64,000 nt of DNA from Camelus ferus (taxonomy: Eukaryota), in contig NC_045717.1 of assembly GCF_009834535.1 (NCBI RefSeq), positions 17,732,001-17,796,000 of the forward strand, written 5' to 3'. Below, in pieces: positions 23,055-35,890 of the stretch. The notes beneath the pieces were generated by a model that did no database searches, had not been told where the DNA came from, and saw only the letters and a program-made list of their open reading frames with translations. The translations under genes were made by a program, and so were the position numbers. Positions within the stretch are counted from its first letter, which is position 1. Each line of letters opens with the position of its first letter.

Positions 23055-23238
23055 TACTTAGGCTAGATAAACAAGTTGATCCTATATAGCTCAGGGAACT
23101 ATATTCAATATCCTGTAGTAACCTATAATGAAAAAGAATATGAAAAGGAATATATGTATGTATCTGTATGACTGAAACATGATGCTGTACACCAGAAACT
23201 GACACAACATTGTAAACTGACTATACTTCAATTAAAAA
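23055..23238 (+). mobile_element. 3' end of a young lineage-specific L1
   Basis: cagggaactatattcaatatcctgta...tgtatgactgaaacatgatgctgtacaccagaaactgacacaacattgtaaactgactatacttcaattaaaaa. Confidence 0.75.
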
Positions 23239-24160
23239 TGGAAGAAAAGGAGAATTTCTGTTCCCCAAAGATATCCTTAATAAAGTTAACAGGCAGATGG
23301 AAAACTGGGACAAGATCATTTGCAGTGTGTAAAACCAACAAGAGAACACTCTCGAGAATGAACAAGGAGAAATAGGACCCTCAATACAGTTGTGAATGAA
23401 GGATATGAGCAGAAAAGTCACAGAAGGATTTACTCAGGCAAATGAAAGGATGCTCAAAAAAAAAAAAAAAGTTGGGGAGATGAATAAAGCAATGAAATTT
23501 TACTGCATATGTATTCAATTCCCCAGGTTAGAATTGCCTTCTTGATGTGCCAATGGGGAGAAAGGAATCCTCTTGCATTGCTGGTGAGAATGCAAAATGG
23601 TGAAGATCCAAACTACACCAGCAAATTCATACCATATCATTAAAAATTGGTTAAAATCCATAGAAATTACAGCACAAACAGTGAGCCAGAAGGTAAGCTA
23701 TGGACTTCAGTAATAATAATAATATATGTATTTTTTATATAGTAGTGTGTATCTATATAATAACAACAACAATAATAATAATGTCCATAATGGTTCATCA
23801 GTTGGAACAAATGTACCATGCTAACACATGTTTGTACAATATTTAACAGCATCCCTGGCATCAGCCACCAGATGTCTGTAGCATCCCCTCCCTCCCACAA
23901 TCATGACATGGAAAACTGCCTCCAGACACATCCAAACATCCACTGTGGGGCAGAATGACCCCAGGCTAAGAATCCCTGACGCACAAGCTGCAAAGGGCAC
24001 CTAGGCTTGGTGAGAACCTGGAAGTCAGAAGGGGTAAACAGAGAAGACCCCCAGCAGCCTCCCAAGCCTGAGATCCTCTCTTCTGGCCCTTCTCCCCAGC
24101 CCTGACCCCATCCCCAGGCTTGGCGGTGCTGCCCACAACCGTATGGTACTTCCTTCCTAC

Positions 24161-24203
24161 CCTCTCTGTCCTGGTTCCCCTCTCCCTGGCCTGCCTCTTC
24201 CAT
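24161..24203 (-). CDS. Candidate upstream coding mini-exon for OR10H4-like copy 2 (MEEAGQGEGNQDRE plus phase-1 G)
   Basis: ATG at 24203, 43 nt, then GTAGGA at 24160. Same phase as copy 1. Confidence 0.5.
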
Positions 24204-25331
24204 GAAGTGCCCAGCAGGAAAGGGCAGAAGAAGCTCTCCTGCTGGATGCTGTCAGCGGTACCCACAGGCAAGTGTGCGATTGGACCTAGGGGCTCCTAGA
24301 ACTCACCCTGTGTGCTTTATCCCTGCTGCGGGCTTCCAGCAGGCTGCTCCCTAGGGCCTCTCCAAGACAGCAACCTAGAATATCTGTCCTCAGGGTCTGG
24401 AGAGGCTGGGAGGGACCTCAAGGGTCCTTTGGGAACTTGCAGCCTCTACTCCTTCCTCCAACTATCCACACACAACAAAGGTCTCTGGTGTCACCTCTTC
24501 CCAGAAAGAACCCAGCCCTTGCTGAAGTCTGAGGAGCTCCCAGTCTAGGGGGTGGGGTTGGAGGACAGGGCTTGAAATAGATGCCCTTAGTCCCTTGGGG
24601 TGTAGGGATAAGGTCAGAGGGAATGCAGGAGCTGGGGGAGCCTAGAGTGAGATTCCAGGGCTGGATGGCTTTTCAGAATAAGAGTCATTTGGGACTGGGT
24701 CTTGGGGACTGGTTTCTAATGTGCAATATGTCTTCTGGCCAAACTAGACAGCCCCACCTCTCTTCCCAAATTCTGCTCTATTCGTATGGTCCTGGTAATC
24801 CAAGGAGACAGTCTGACATTTGCATATGCCTCCCTGTGATAAGATGTAACATAAAACAAACATAAAAAAATTTGGTCTTTCGGTGGTGTCCTTGGTTCCT
24901 GACCCTCTGAAAAGAGTGTCTTTTTATGCTAATGAGATGACTGGTGACTATGGGTTTATCTTTATAAAACCACTTCTGCCTCCAACTCAGATATTTGACC
25001 TCACCTTTGGGTTAATAGTTGACATGCCACAAAGGGCTCCCTTCCTGGATCCTCAGTGACATATATTCTCAAACACCAGTGTGGGAGTCAGATAGACATA
25101 AACCTCCCTGTGACTCCCTCCATTCACATTTGTGTGACCTCTGCCAACACTTCTCATCTTCATATGAAGGGACCATCTCTGACCTCTCTCTGTTCCATAT
25201 TGAGATAGCACTCTGCCTTTCAACTCACTCCCCAAACAGCTGCAACTTTAACACAGTAATAAAAATGGATGTTTTATTGAAAATTATGTGTGGGAAAAAT
25301 GAAAAGGGATTTCAATAAGATGTCAGCAGCA

Positions 25332-25471
25332 GCGGGGGAGGGTTTAGCTCAAGTGGTAGAGTGTGTGCTTAGCATGCATGAGGTCCTGGGTTCCTTCCCC
25401 AGTATTTCCTCTAGAATAAATAAATAAATAAGTAAACCTAATTATCGCCCCCCCAAGCAAAACAAAAGAAA
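25332..25471 (+). mobile_element. tRNA-derived SINE of camelid Vic-1 type with 15-bp TSD
   Basis: ggggagggtttagctcaagtggtagag (A box)...gaggtcctgggttcc (B-box-like), (TAAA)n-cctaattatcgccccccc tail. TSD aagatgtcagcagca at 25317-25331 and 25472-25486. Confidence 0.85.
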
Positions 25472-26397
25472 AAGATGTCAGCAGCACACTTTTACATGCC
25501 TGTGTTCTTACCTAAGCACTGACCCCCTCTTCCCTTTCTCTCTCCTCCCTTTTTTTCTTCCCTCTTCCCCTTCTTACCTCCATCATCTTCCCTTCTTCCC
25601 CATCCTCATATGCATATTGCCTTAGTACCAACCTCCTTCTCCTTCCTCCCATCTTGCCCAGATTCTGCCCCATATATTTTTTAAATGATCAATTAAATAA
25701 TCAATTAAATGATCAGGTCTCTCTATAGGACTTTATTCCTACTAACCTAGCACTCTGTCTCTCTCTCTCTGTCTCTCTCTCTCCCTCTTGCTCCCTCTAC
25801 ACTTTGCATTCTAACATTCTTCACCCAGTTCAGCTCAACAGAAAAACATGTCTTACGGTCTATAGCTCCAAAACCTAGCACAAAACTATAAAGAACACAC
25901 CATTTTCTCTAAGACAAGTACTTTATTTTCTTTTGCACATTTGTTGTAATTAAAATATAATAATAATAAAACATTAGGCACAGTACTTTATAAATAAAGA
26001 CTCAATTCTAGTGGCACTTGTTACTATCCTTGTTATTTTGTTTATTTTTATTTTGAGGGGTGGGGGAACAAAGCCTTCTTGTGCTAGTCCATTCAAGAAG
26101 AATCATGTGCATCAGGGGCCTGACACTTCCCTGTGATGCTCTCCACCTGCCTATAGATAGATAATGCATTCTAAGGCACAGATAATGTGATGGAATTCAT
26201 CTCATTGGGTATAAATTAGAGACTTTGATGACTTGGGCCTATGCAAGAGGGGAAAGCAAGTTGGAGAAAAGCAAATATCTAGTACACATCTAACTCTTAT
26301 GGAGTGGAGGTATTTTCAAATACTTGAATCACCACAAGAGCTCTATGGACACAGACATTATTAAACCCAAATCATCTGTCACATTTCCATGCCACCA

Positions 26398-27348
26398 TCA
26401 GGAGCTTGAGGGACAGAATGTTCTGTGGAAGGTTCTCTTCATGGCATTCTTCAGCTCCTTATTCCTGAGGCTGAAGATGATCGGGCTAAGAAAGGGGGTG
26501 AAGACTGTATAGGTGGTGGCCATCAGAGTGTTACTGTCCATGGAACGGGAGCCCTTGGGCTTGAGGTAGATGATGGAGGCAAAACCGTAGTGCACAATCA
26601 CTATGGTGAGGTGGGACACACATGTGGAGAAGGTCTTGTGCCGGCCCTCAGCTGAGGGGATCCTCAAGATGGCGGCCACGATGAAGACATAGGAGAGGAC
26701 GATGAGGAATAAGCACCCCATCAGGGCTGTGACACAAACCAGGATGACACCCATGGTGACATACAATGTCTCCTTCTCACAGGCCAACTTCAAGAGAGAA
26801 AGCACATGGCAGACAAAGTGGTGGATCTCATTAGACCCACAGAAGGTGAGATGAAAAACTATCAGTGTCAACATCATCCCCATGACTGAGCCACCAGCCC
26901 AGGACCAGGACACGAGACGGGCACAGTCACGTGTGCTCATGAGCACGTTGTAGTGCAGAGGGTGGCAGATGGCCACGTAGCGGTCATAGCCCATGATCAT
27001 GAGCAGGAAGGAGTGGGTGAAGCCAAACGTGAAGGAGAAGAACATCTGGCTGGCACAGGCCACGAAGGAGATGGAGCGGTGGGTGGAGAGCATGTCGACC
27101 AGCATTCGAGGGGTGACAGCAACAGTGAACAGAATCTCGGAGATGGAGAGGGCGCACAGGAAGAGGTACATGGGCGTGTGGAGGCTGCGCTCCCTCCAGA
27201 TGGTGGCCATGATGAGCAGGTTGCCCAGGAGTGTGAACAGGTACATGAGCAGGTACAGCAGGAAGAAGGCAGGCAGGAGATGCTGAGGGAAGGTGGAGAA
27301 GCCGATGAGGATGAATTCAGACACTGTGCTATAGTTCTGACCAGACAA
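26398..27348 (-). CDS. OR10H4: Olfactory receptor OR10H3/OR10H4-like (copy 3), intact 316-codon frame beginning with TTG
   Basis: Same motifs. LLKLACEKET resembles OR10H4 LKLACENKT. TTG at 27348-27346. Acceptor ctcaccag| before 27359. Confidence 0.88.
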   Translation of the reverse strand: MSGQNYSTVSEFILIGFSTFPQHLLPAFFLLYLLMYLFTLLGNLLIMATIWRERSLHTPMYLFLCALSISEILFTVAVTPRMLVDMLSTHRSISFVACASQMFFSFTFGFTHSFLLMIMGYDRYVAICHPLHYNVLMSTRDCARLVSWSWAGGSVMGMMLTLIVFHLTFCGSNEIHHFVCHVLSLLKLACEKETLYVTMGVILVCVTALMGCLFLIVLSYVFIVAAILRIPSAEGRHKTFSTCVSHLTIVIVHYGFASIIYLKPKGSRSMDSNTLMATTYTVFTPFLSPIIFSLRNKELKNAMKRTFHRTFCPSSS

Positions 27349-30300
27349 GGATGCTGCATCTGGTGAGATCAGAAATAGGATGAAGTCACTGCAGTTAAAT
27401 CAGAGGCTCTAACATAGATTAAATGGCAATTAAAGACCTCCATACTATATGATCTGGCTATACAAATGTGCCCATAGGCCACAGCTGAGCACCAAAGTGT
27501 GATAATATGCAGGATGGAGGAACAAGCTAAATGACACCATGAAGAAGCAATTAGAAAATCCAGAAGGCGAAATGTTCTATAGAACAACTGGTCTGGTCTC
27601 AGCAAGTCAGGATGAAGAAGAGGGTGAAGAGGAATTCAAGGGACATAACAACCATGTGCAATATTGGGTATCAGATATTTAGATAAGCTAGTTGTAAGGT
27701 AGTTTTAAGGAAACAGATAAGATTTTGATTGTGGTATGAGTGAATGATGAGTTAAAATAATATGAAGAGATTATTCTTAATCTAGTTGTTAATTTTAAGT
27801 GTGATCTTATTATTTTGGCTTTGAAGGAAAATATTACTAGTTTAAATGCATATTGAAATTTAAAATGTACACACACATGCACACAACAAGAGACAAAGAA
27901 GACCATTTTATGAAGATTATTGGAACATTGTAGAACCTGTATGAATATAATTAACCTATAGAACAATATACCCTAGATTATTAGTAATAAATAAAGAACA
28001 CCACTTCTGTGAAACAGATATGAGATAGGAATAGCTAAATCAATACTAGATAAACTGGCTAAAAACTTGAAATTACAAATTTTAACAGAATTCAGAAATG
28101 TAATTTGGGAATTATCAGTTATAATGCAATTAATAATATTCAGACATTAGCTCCTGGATATAATTGGGCTCCTCTCCAGAGATCAAACATTTTTTTTTTC
28201 AACCAGAAAGAGGGGTTTAACAAAATTTGACCTTGTTTTGGACTCAGAGAAATTCCCCATCCACTTCGAAGTGTATGTGTGTGTATATATATATATTTAT
28301 AAATATATATATAATATATATATATTATATAGATTACAGTATACAAAAGTTGGAAATCAATAGAGAAAGAATTCCAAATTCCATAAGTTGGAAACTCAAT
28401 ATAGTGCTAAATAATACTTTATTTCAAGAGTAAATCTTTGACACAGCATTGTAAAATGAGTATTACTCATTAAAAAAAGTTTTAAAAAAGATTAAATCAT
28501 AAAATGAATAAAGAAATACTTATAATTAAATCATTTAAGCATCAAATGTCAAGTTTTTAAGCTAAAACAGTTCTATGTTGGGGAACATACTGCTTTAAAT
28601 ATATATATCAAGAAATTTTACCCAGAAAAATTGTGCTTAATACAACAAAAATCAGCAATTATAAAAAATTAATAAGATAGAAACAAGGACAAGATGCCAA
28701 GAAAATATAACATTAAAACATGGAAACAATTAGAGAAATAAATGATATTTTTAAATTACTAAAAAGAGTAAGAAAAATATAAATGAAGAAATATGAAACA
28801 CTAAGTGAAATGACTAAATCATCAGAAACATGTAAAATTTCATAACTGGTAAAGGAACAAATAGAAACCCTGGATATTTTAAAAAGTTTTAGAGAAATTG
28901 AAGTGGTTAAAGACCTTCTCTTTTATAATCATCAGCCCCAGTGAATTTGTGGTGAGTGCTCCTAAATTTGTAACGAACAGTTGATGAATATCTTACACAT
29001 GTTCTTCAAAAACAAAAAACAGAAAAATATCTGAAACTGCCCAACTCATTTCACTGAGGTAATGCAGTCTTGGTATTAAAACTAGGTAAGAAAAGACAAA
29101 TTATGGGCTTTACCTATCCATGCAGATTTTAAAATCCATTAAAAGGCATCGTCTAGTCAAATAAAATGGTTACAATAGTATTTTATGATCAAGTGGTGTT
29201 TGTTTAGCCCAAGAGTGACAAGACGGGGCAGCATCAGATAACCTGTCATGTGATTCATCACATCAACAAACTAACCAAGAAAGATCATAGAATTCTTTTG
29301 ATCAAGGAAAGAAGATATTTTCCAAAATTCAACTACTTTTTATGATTTTTTAAATTTTATGTAATGTGACATATAACACTGTGTCAGTTTTAGGTATACA
29401 AGACAATGATTTCATATAGGTACACCTATTTATGATTTTTAAAAAAGCCTTTTTGCAACATGAAATCAAAGGGGACTTTCTTAGATACTCAAAGAATATA
29501 TACTACAAAACCAGCACATAGTATCTGAGAGGGGAAGTGTACTCGCATTATTTTACGATTAGGAACAAACCAAGGTTACTCACTGTCTCTGCTGTTCTTT
29601 GACATGGAGCTGGAAGTCATGAGCGGTGCTACAAGGAAAGAAAAGGACTAAGTTATATAAGGATTGGAAGGGAAGAGACTGGAGCATCTACCTAGAAAGA
29701 TAAAAGAATCAAGATGTGATATGTCAGAACAAGAGGGCACAGTACTGTAGAAGGCAGGGTCAGCCTCTGAAACTCATAGTATTTCTCACAGTATTTCTCA
29801 CACTATTACACCAGTAATAATCACTCAAAATACAGAATTTAAGTACAAGTAAGATAACATTTCCAATAATGGCCCAAACTATAAAGAAACAGCTCTCAAG
29901 CATTTTGGCTTCAGGATCATTTTACACTCAAAAACTTTTGAGCCCCCTACAGGGCTTTTGTTTGAGCGGGTTTGTAACTATCACTTTTTTAAAATCATAT
30001 TAGAAATTAAAACTGAGGTTCTTTAAAAGTATTTAGTAATTGGTATAATTAAAAGAATAATAATAAACCTATTACATATTCATATTAGAAACACATTTAT
30101 ATGGGAGTAACTACATTTTCAGAAAACATTGAGTGAGAAGAGTGGCCTTGTCTTACATTTTCACAAATATGCCTGATGTTTGCCTCGATAGGAGATAAAC
30201 TAAGCTCATACCTGCTTCTTCATTTAGTCAGTGGTGTTATGTTGCTTTAACTGAAGTGCATGATGAAAACACATCCACACGTGTAACCGGAAAAGTAAGG

Positions 30301-31379
30301 ACCTGATGGACCCCCAAGAACGCATCTCCAGGACCCCGAGTGCCCTCATATCACACTTTGAAAACCCCTATTATAGAATACGAGGAGGTAACCAAACAAT
30401 TCACGACCTCCAAAGACAACAATTTTAACCACTAATAAAAATGTAGAAGGTGACCTGAATATATTAAAATAGTCTACGATTTCGGATGAGTTGAGCTCGC
30501 GGTGTAATGGTGTCAGCTCTTCTGTGAATTATACCAGCAGTGCAACTGCAGCTACGATTCCAGTGTATTGGCTGTGAACTTGATACAATCTCCTTCTGAA
30601 AATAAAGTCAGTACAAAAGTATGCTAATCTTACAAAAATGAAGTAGACAGGAAAGCCGTGCACTCCCAGGTAGTGAGACATATTATAGAGTCATGGTCAT
30701 TCTTTTAAAGTGTGAAAATGGAATAGACATAGACACTGATTAAAATTGACTGGCCGTCTCAGAGAGTATCCCTTCATTATTCAATGCCTAATATATGATA
30801 AAGGTGGCAGGGCAAGTCAAAGGGAGAAAATGGATTGTTTACCTCTTTGTGGTGGGAAAAGTGTTCATTTTATGAAGCAAGATCAATCTGAATTTCTGCC
30901 CAAGAGCACATGCAAAGGTGAAAACCATTTGTTCCAGGACATAAATAGGAAATATAAACTATAAAGCTAATAGGAGAAAGTGTAAGAAAATTATTCTGTG
31001 GATTTTTAAAAGCACAAAGGTTAAGGTGATTTTTAGAAGGCATGAAAACATCAGCACTAATTTTGTTCCACATTATCAGGTAGATAGAAAGTTGGGGGAA
31101 AATAATTTGCATTGTGTAAAAGTGACAAAGGAACACTGTCTAGAAGAATAAACAAGAAGCAGAAACCTTAATACAGATATGAGCAAACGATATGAGCAGA
31201 GAGTTGACAGAAGAAGTTACCCAGGCAAATGAAAAGATGCTCAGTAAAAAGGGCAAGGAAAGTGTGGGGGTAGAATAGAAAACAGTAATGGAATTTTATT
31301 GTATATGTATTCAATTCCAAAAATTAGAAAATGCCATCTTGATTGGACTATGGGCTGAAAGAATTTTCTTATACTGCTG

Positions 31380-32000
31380 TTGAGAATGTAGAATCGTGAG
31401 AATTCAGAATATGCATGCTCTGTACACCAGCAAATTGGGTCCTAAATATTATCTCGACTTAAACCTATTTATAGGGGAGAACAGAAGAGGATGTTCCACG
31501 TAGCATTGCTGTAGTGGGGAAACTGGAAAAGCCTGCTTGTCACGATAGGGGAGAGCATAGGTAAGAGGGGATGGATGCAACACTGGAGCCACAGACAAGT
31601 GTTAGATGTACACATAGCAGTGTAAATGAAGTTTTTCAATAATACTGGCTGAAAAAAGAAAAATACGGCACCTTAAAAATATGGCACATGAAACCAGCCT
31701 GTAAAAACCTGGAACGGCAGATATATGTCATTACACATTCATCAAAACCAATAGAATGTACCACAGAAAGAGTGGAGCTTAATGAAAACTTGGACTTCAG
31801 TTAATTACAATGCATCTGTATTGACTCATCAGTTATAACACATGTACCACACAATGCAACATATAAATCATAGAGGAAATTGTGTGCAGGGAGAAGACGT
31901 AAGTGGGAACCTTCTGTATTATCTGATCAGTTTTTCTAAATCTAAAACTTCTCTAATAAATTAATGCCCATTAATTTTAAAAACTAAAAATAAATTTTAA
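31380..32000 (+). mobile_element. L1MC-type 3' remnant
   Basis: acattcatcaaaaccaatagaatgtaccacag...aatgaaaacttggacttcagttaatt...catgtaccacac...ggaaccttctgtattatctgatcagtttttctaaatctaaaact. Confidence 0.65.
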
Positions 32001-33745
32001 AACATATGCATATAGAAATAATACATAATGTGCAAAAACACATACAGATCTAAGAGTACACATGAAGTATTTTAAATGACTGTAAGAACAAAAAGGAAAT
32101 GAGGTGAAAGAAACGGAATATATTTATGAAACAAGAGAAGGACCTTGTGCAAACCAATGATGAGCAAAAGCTGCAAACTGGAAATGTCATTGACTCAAAC
32201 CTCTGCATCTGAAGTCCTTCATAAAATTAAAACTATATTCTTATGAATAACTTGAGCCAAGCTGCTGCCCAGAGCTCCTGAACTCCTTGTCTCTGAAACA
32301 GGGCCCCCTCATACTTGCACCCATTGCATTGCCTCTAAGTACTCTCCACAGTAGGGGGGTCAGCCTGGAACTTGGAGGACACAGATCTCCAGGACAGTGA
32401 GGACATTTGCAGGACTGAGGATGCTCTTTGGAGAGAGGAAGGTTGCATTTATGACCTGAAAAACAAATCTTATGAACACCGAAACACCCCACCCAGAAAC
32501 TAAGACACTGGCATCAACTGCTTTTTATGCCTCATCTCTCCCTCATCTCAGCATTTTTCTTCCCAAATTAACAGTTTCTGGCTTTTGCTTCTCAACATCC
32601 ATATGGCTCCATCTCCTCTCTCCTGGACCACTGCCCCAGGCTCCTCCCATGTCACCTTCTATGCCCCCTAACCACTCTGGCTTCCAGAGAGAATTTTCTG
32701 CAACATACATAAAGTATGCAGTCATCACACCCAAGGTTCAAATCCAAATGGCTTGTAAGCGCTGAGCCTCCTCACCCCAACTGAAAATGGGGTTACACAG
32801 AGAGCTGCCTTCAGTGGATCCATGAGGATTCCTGTAAAGGGCTGAGAGTTTGCCAAATAAATATCTCTGACATTGAGGTTATGCTCCTTGTTCTGATCTG
32901 ATTTAGTGCCTTCCTTCTGTTCCAGATGACACCAGCTGGCCTCAGTTTAAACTCATGGTCTCTGACCGAGATGGGGCACATAGTACCTCTGGTAAGCACA
33001 CAATGCAGCTTCCCCCCAGGAGGCTGATCCAACCTCCACTCTCTTCTCCAGCCCTCTCCTCACCCTTCCAGCCTACCTTCCCACCTCCTGCTTGGTGGGA
33101 TGTCCGTGATTCTTGAGGCAGCGCTCTCCCATCTCCCTAGCAAGTGGACAGAATTCTGTATCCTCTGGTCTCACGGAGGATGGCCCCACACACGTACTGA
33201 ACAAACATCCCACACATCACCAGAGTGCACCCAGTTCACACTCTGTCTTCCTCAGAGCCTCCGCTCCAGGTTAGCAGTGGCCACATTTGCCCCAGACCAG
33301 GACCCAGCGGCTAAGACAAAACACACCTAGAGCATGATTTCTCAAGCTCAGCACTGGTGACATATGGGGCAAGATCATTCTTTGGCTCTCTTTTTCATGG
33401 TATAATGTTTGGCAGAATCTCTGGTCTCAACCTACCGGATGCCTGTAGCATCCCTTCCCCGAAATGAGTCAGGGAAACCTAAAATGATCAAGACATGTCC
33501 AAATGTCCACTGTGGTGCAGAATTGCCCTCGGCTGAGAACCACTGATATAGAAGCTGCAAAGAGCATTTTGGGGTGAGGGGTGGAGTATGAAAACTATGG
33601 ACCCAGAGTGAGCAACCTAAGAAGACCCCAGGCAGTCTCCCAACAAAGCTGAGATCCACTCTTACTACCCCTTGCCCCAGCCCAGACCCCATCGCCAGGC
33701 TGGGCAGTGCTACCCACCCACAGCTGTACAACTCTGCCTTCCTAC

Positions 33746-33788
33746 CCTCTCTCTCCTGGTGCTCCCCTGCCTGGGGTGCCTCTTCCAT
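33746..33788 (-). CDS. Candidate upstream coding mini-exon for OR10H4-like copy 3 (MEEAPQAGEHQERE plus phase-1 G)
   Basis: ATG at 33788, 43 nt, then GTAGGA at 33745. Same phase. Confidence 0.5.
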
Positions 33789-34441
33789 GAAACAGCCAGC
33801 AGCAGAGGGCAGAAGAATCTCTCCTGCTTGCTGCTGTCAGCAGCGGCCACAGGCAGGTGTGGGGTCAGACCTAGTGCTTCTTGGATCTGATACAGTGTCC
33901 TTTATCCCTGCTGCAGGCTCCAACAGGCTGATCCCAACAGCCTCTCTAGGAACCAACTGGAAAGTATGGTTTTCAGATCCTAGAGAGGCTGGGAGGGACC
34001 TCAGGGGGCCTTCTGGGATCTGCAGTTTCTACTTCTTCCTCTAACTATTCACATGCAACAATGACTCCCTGCTGCTTCTATCTGCCCAGAGAGACACCAG
34101 CCCCTGTTAAGGGCTTAGAAGCTCCCAGTCTTGTGGGACACAGGGCTGGATACAGATGCCCTCAACCCCTTAGGTTCAAGGTATTGTCAGAGGGAAGGCA
34201 GGAGCTGGAGGAGCCCAGAGTGGGAGTCCAGGGCTGACCCCTTGGGTAAGGGCAGTGGGAAGGCATCCCAGAATAAGGGTAATTTGCAGCTGAGTCTGGA
34301 AGAATGGTGTCTCTTGGGTAATGTAAGTGCTCAAATTCTTCTACCCAAATGGAAAGCCTCACCTCTTCTTGGTTAAGTTCTACCAGATCCCTGTTGTTGT
34401 GGGGTGCAAGCCAGAAAGTTTGACATTACCATATGCTTCCC

Positions 34442-35890
34442 TGTGATAAAATATAAATATTTGATAGCTCAGTCTTTGTCCCTATCTCCTGACGCAGCTC
34501 CAGAAACTGAGCTTCGTATTCCAGGAGTGATAAAAGTGTCTATTACGCTGATGAGTTGACTATTGGCTGGGAGCTTCTAGGTAGCATCAGGATGGGGGCA
34601 GGTCTACAGAAAGACCAAGGCATGATAAAGGTTTGGAACTTACAGCCACACTCCCTAGACCTCCACGTAAAGGAAAGAGGTTGGAGATTGAGCTAATCAC
34701 CCATAGCCAATGATTTAATCAATCGTGGCTTTGTGATGGAATCTTTATAGAAACTCCCCCAAACAACAGGATTACAACAGGATTTGGAGAACTTCTAGGT
34801 GGGTGAACACATGAAGTTGTTTGGAGAGTGATGCATCCCAAAAGGGCATGTAAGCTCCTTACTCCTTCCTCTAACCCATGCCCTATGCATCCCTTCCATT
34901 TGTTCCTGAAATGTATCTTTTATAATAAGTTGGTAATAGTCTAATCAAGTAAGACCTCGTGGGGACTTCCTGCAGCAGACCCCTCCCCTCTGCCATGTCT
35001 TCACCTGCCTCTTGTCTGTAGAAAAACTTTTGCTTCCCTAGTTCCAAAGAGTAAATTTAATCAGAGAAGTGAGAAAATACAGAACGAGAAACAATCAAGC
35101 AAGAAAAAAAAATAGGTTTGCTATTAAACAAAGTCAAAGACCTTTAGTTCCTCCTCAAGGGCTGTAGATAATATGCTGAGCCATACCCTTTGAGCTGTTT
35201 TGCAGATACTGAAACCCCCACAGGTGAAATAAGTGAACTGTATGCTGCCCACAAGCAGGTAGACCCCAGACCAGTTGGAATCAGAAGGCTGATGATGCTG
35301 ACTCCTGATTATCTCAACACCAACGAATCAGAAGACTGTCCAGAAGATGATCATGCACTCCACAACCCCCCTCCTTCACCCTGTCTTCAAAACCTTTCAC
35401 TAAAAGCCTTCAGGGAGCTCAGATATTTTGAACACAAACTTCTGGGACTCCTTGCTTGGTGCCCTGCAATTAACGCTGCACTTTTCTTCACCACAACTTG
35501 CTGTCAGTAGACTAGCTTTACTGGGCATAGAGAAGCAGATTTGGTAACAATAACAATTAAAGCACTTCCCTGAAGTCTATGAGTCATTTTAGCAAAGCAT
35601 AGAACTTGAAGGGGCAGGAGGAGGGGAGGTTGGGTTGTAGAAACTTCCAAATGGTAGCCAGTTAGGACAGAAATGTAGCTACCACAGGCACCCAATACCT
35701 GTGACTGGTGTCTGAAGTGGGGGCAGTCTTGTGGGCCTGAGCCCTTTACTTGTGCAATCTGACACCGCCTCCAGATAATTAGGGTCAGAGTTGAATTGTA
35801 GGACACCGAGTTGGTGCCCAGAGAGTTGGAGAACTGATCCTTGGTGTAGAAAGAAACCATACATTTGATGTCATATGTATTCAGCAACAC
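34442..35890 (+). mobile_element. MER21-type solo LTR interrupted by a nested younger LTR
   Basis: tgtgataaaatataaatatttg...aggatgggggc...agaaagaccaaggcatgat...gagattgagctaatcacc...tcttttataataag. The element resumes at about 35555 (ttccctgaagtctatgagtcatttta...tctgaagtgggggcagtcttgtggg...cagagttgaattg). Confidence 0.7.
34945..35549 (+). mobile_element. Nested ERV1-type solo LTR (cetartiodactyl-like)
   Basis: About 600 bp that splits the MER21 sequence. Contains aatttaatcagagaagtgagaaaat, a gcaattaa poly(A)-signal-like motif and terminal ...ggtaaca. Exact left edge uncertain. Confidence 0.6.

Larger units (their letters stand above)
9828..34590. repeat. Three tandem segmental units (about 9828-17145, 17146-24969, 24970-34590), each with one OR10H3/H4-like gene, old L1, Charlie1 element, GC-rich upstream block and MER21 LTR piece
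   Basis: Repeated homologous landmarks: acagtaat(g/a)a(g/a)aaa at about 9830/17440/25254, OR stops at 10836/18210/26398, Charlie1 at 15620/21835/29890, ATGGAAGAG block at 16371/24203/33788. Confidence 0.88.

Noticed and set aside
25332-25400. tRNA-like sequence
   Set aside because: It has an A-rich tail and a 15-bp TSD and no complete cloverleaf or acceptor stem, so it is a SINE, not a tRNA gene.
9828-34590. Regularly spaced repeated blocks as a CRISPR-like or other novel array
   Set aside because: Units are 7-9 kb segmental duplicates of an OR gene with flanks, with no short repeat-spacer structure.
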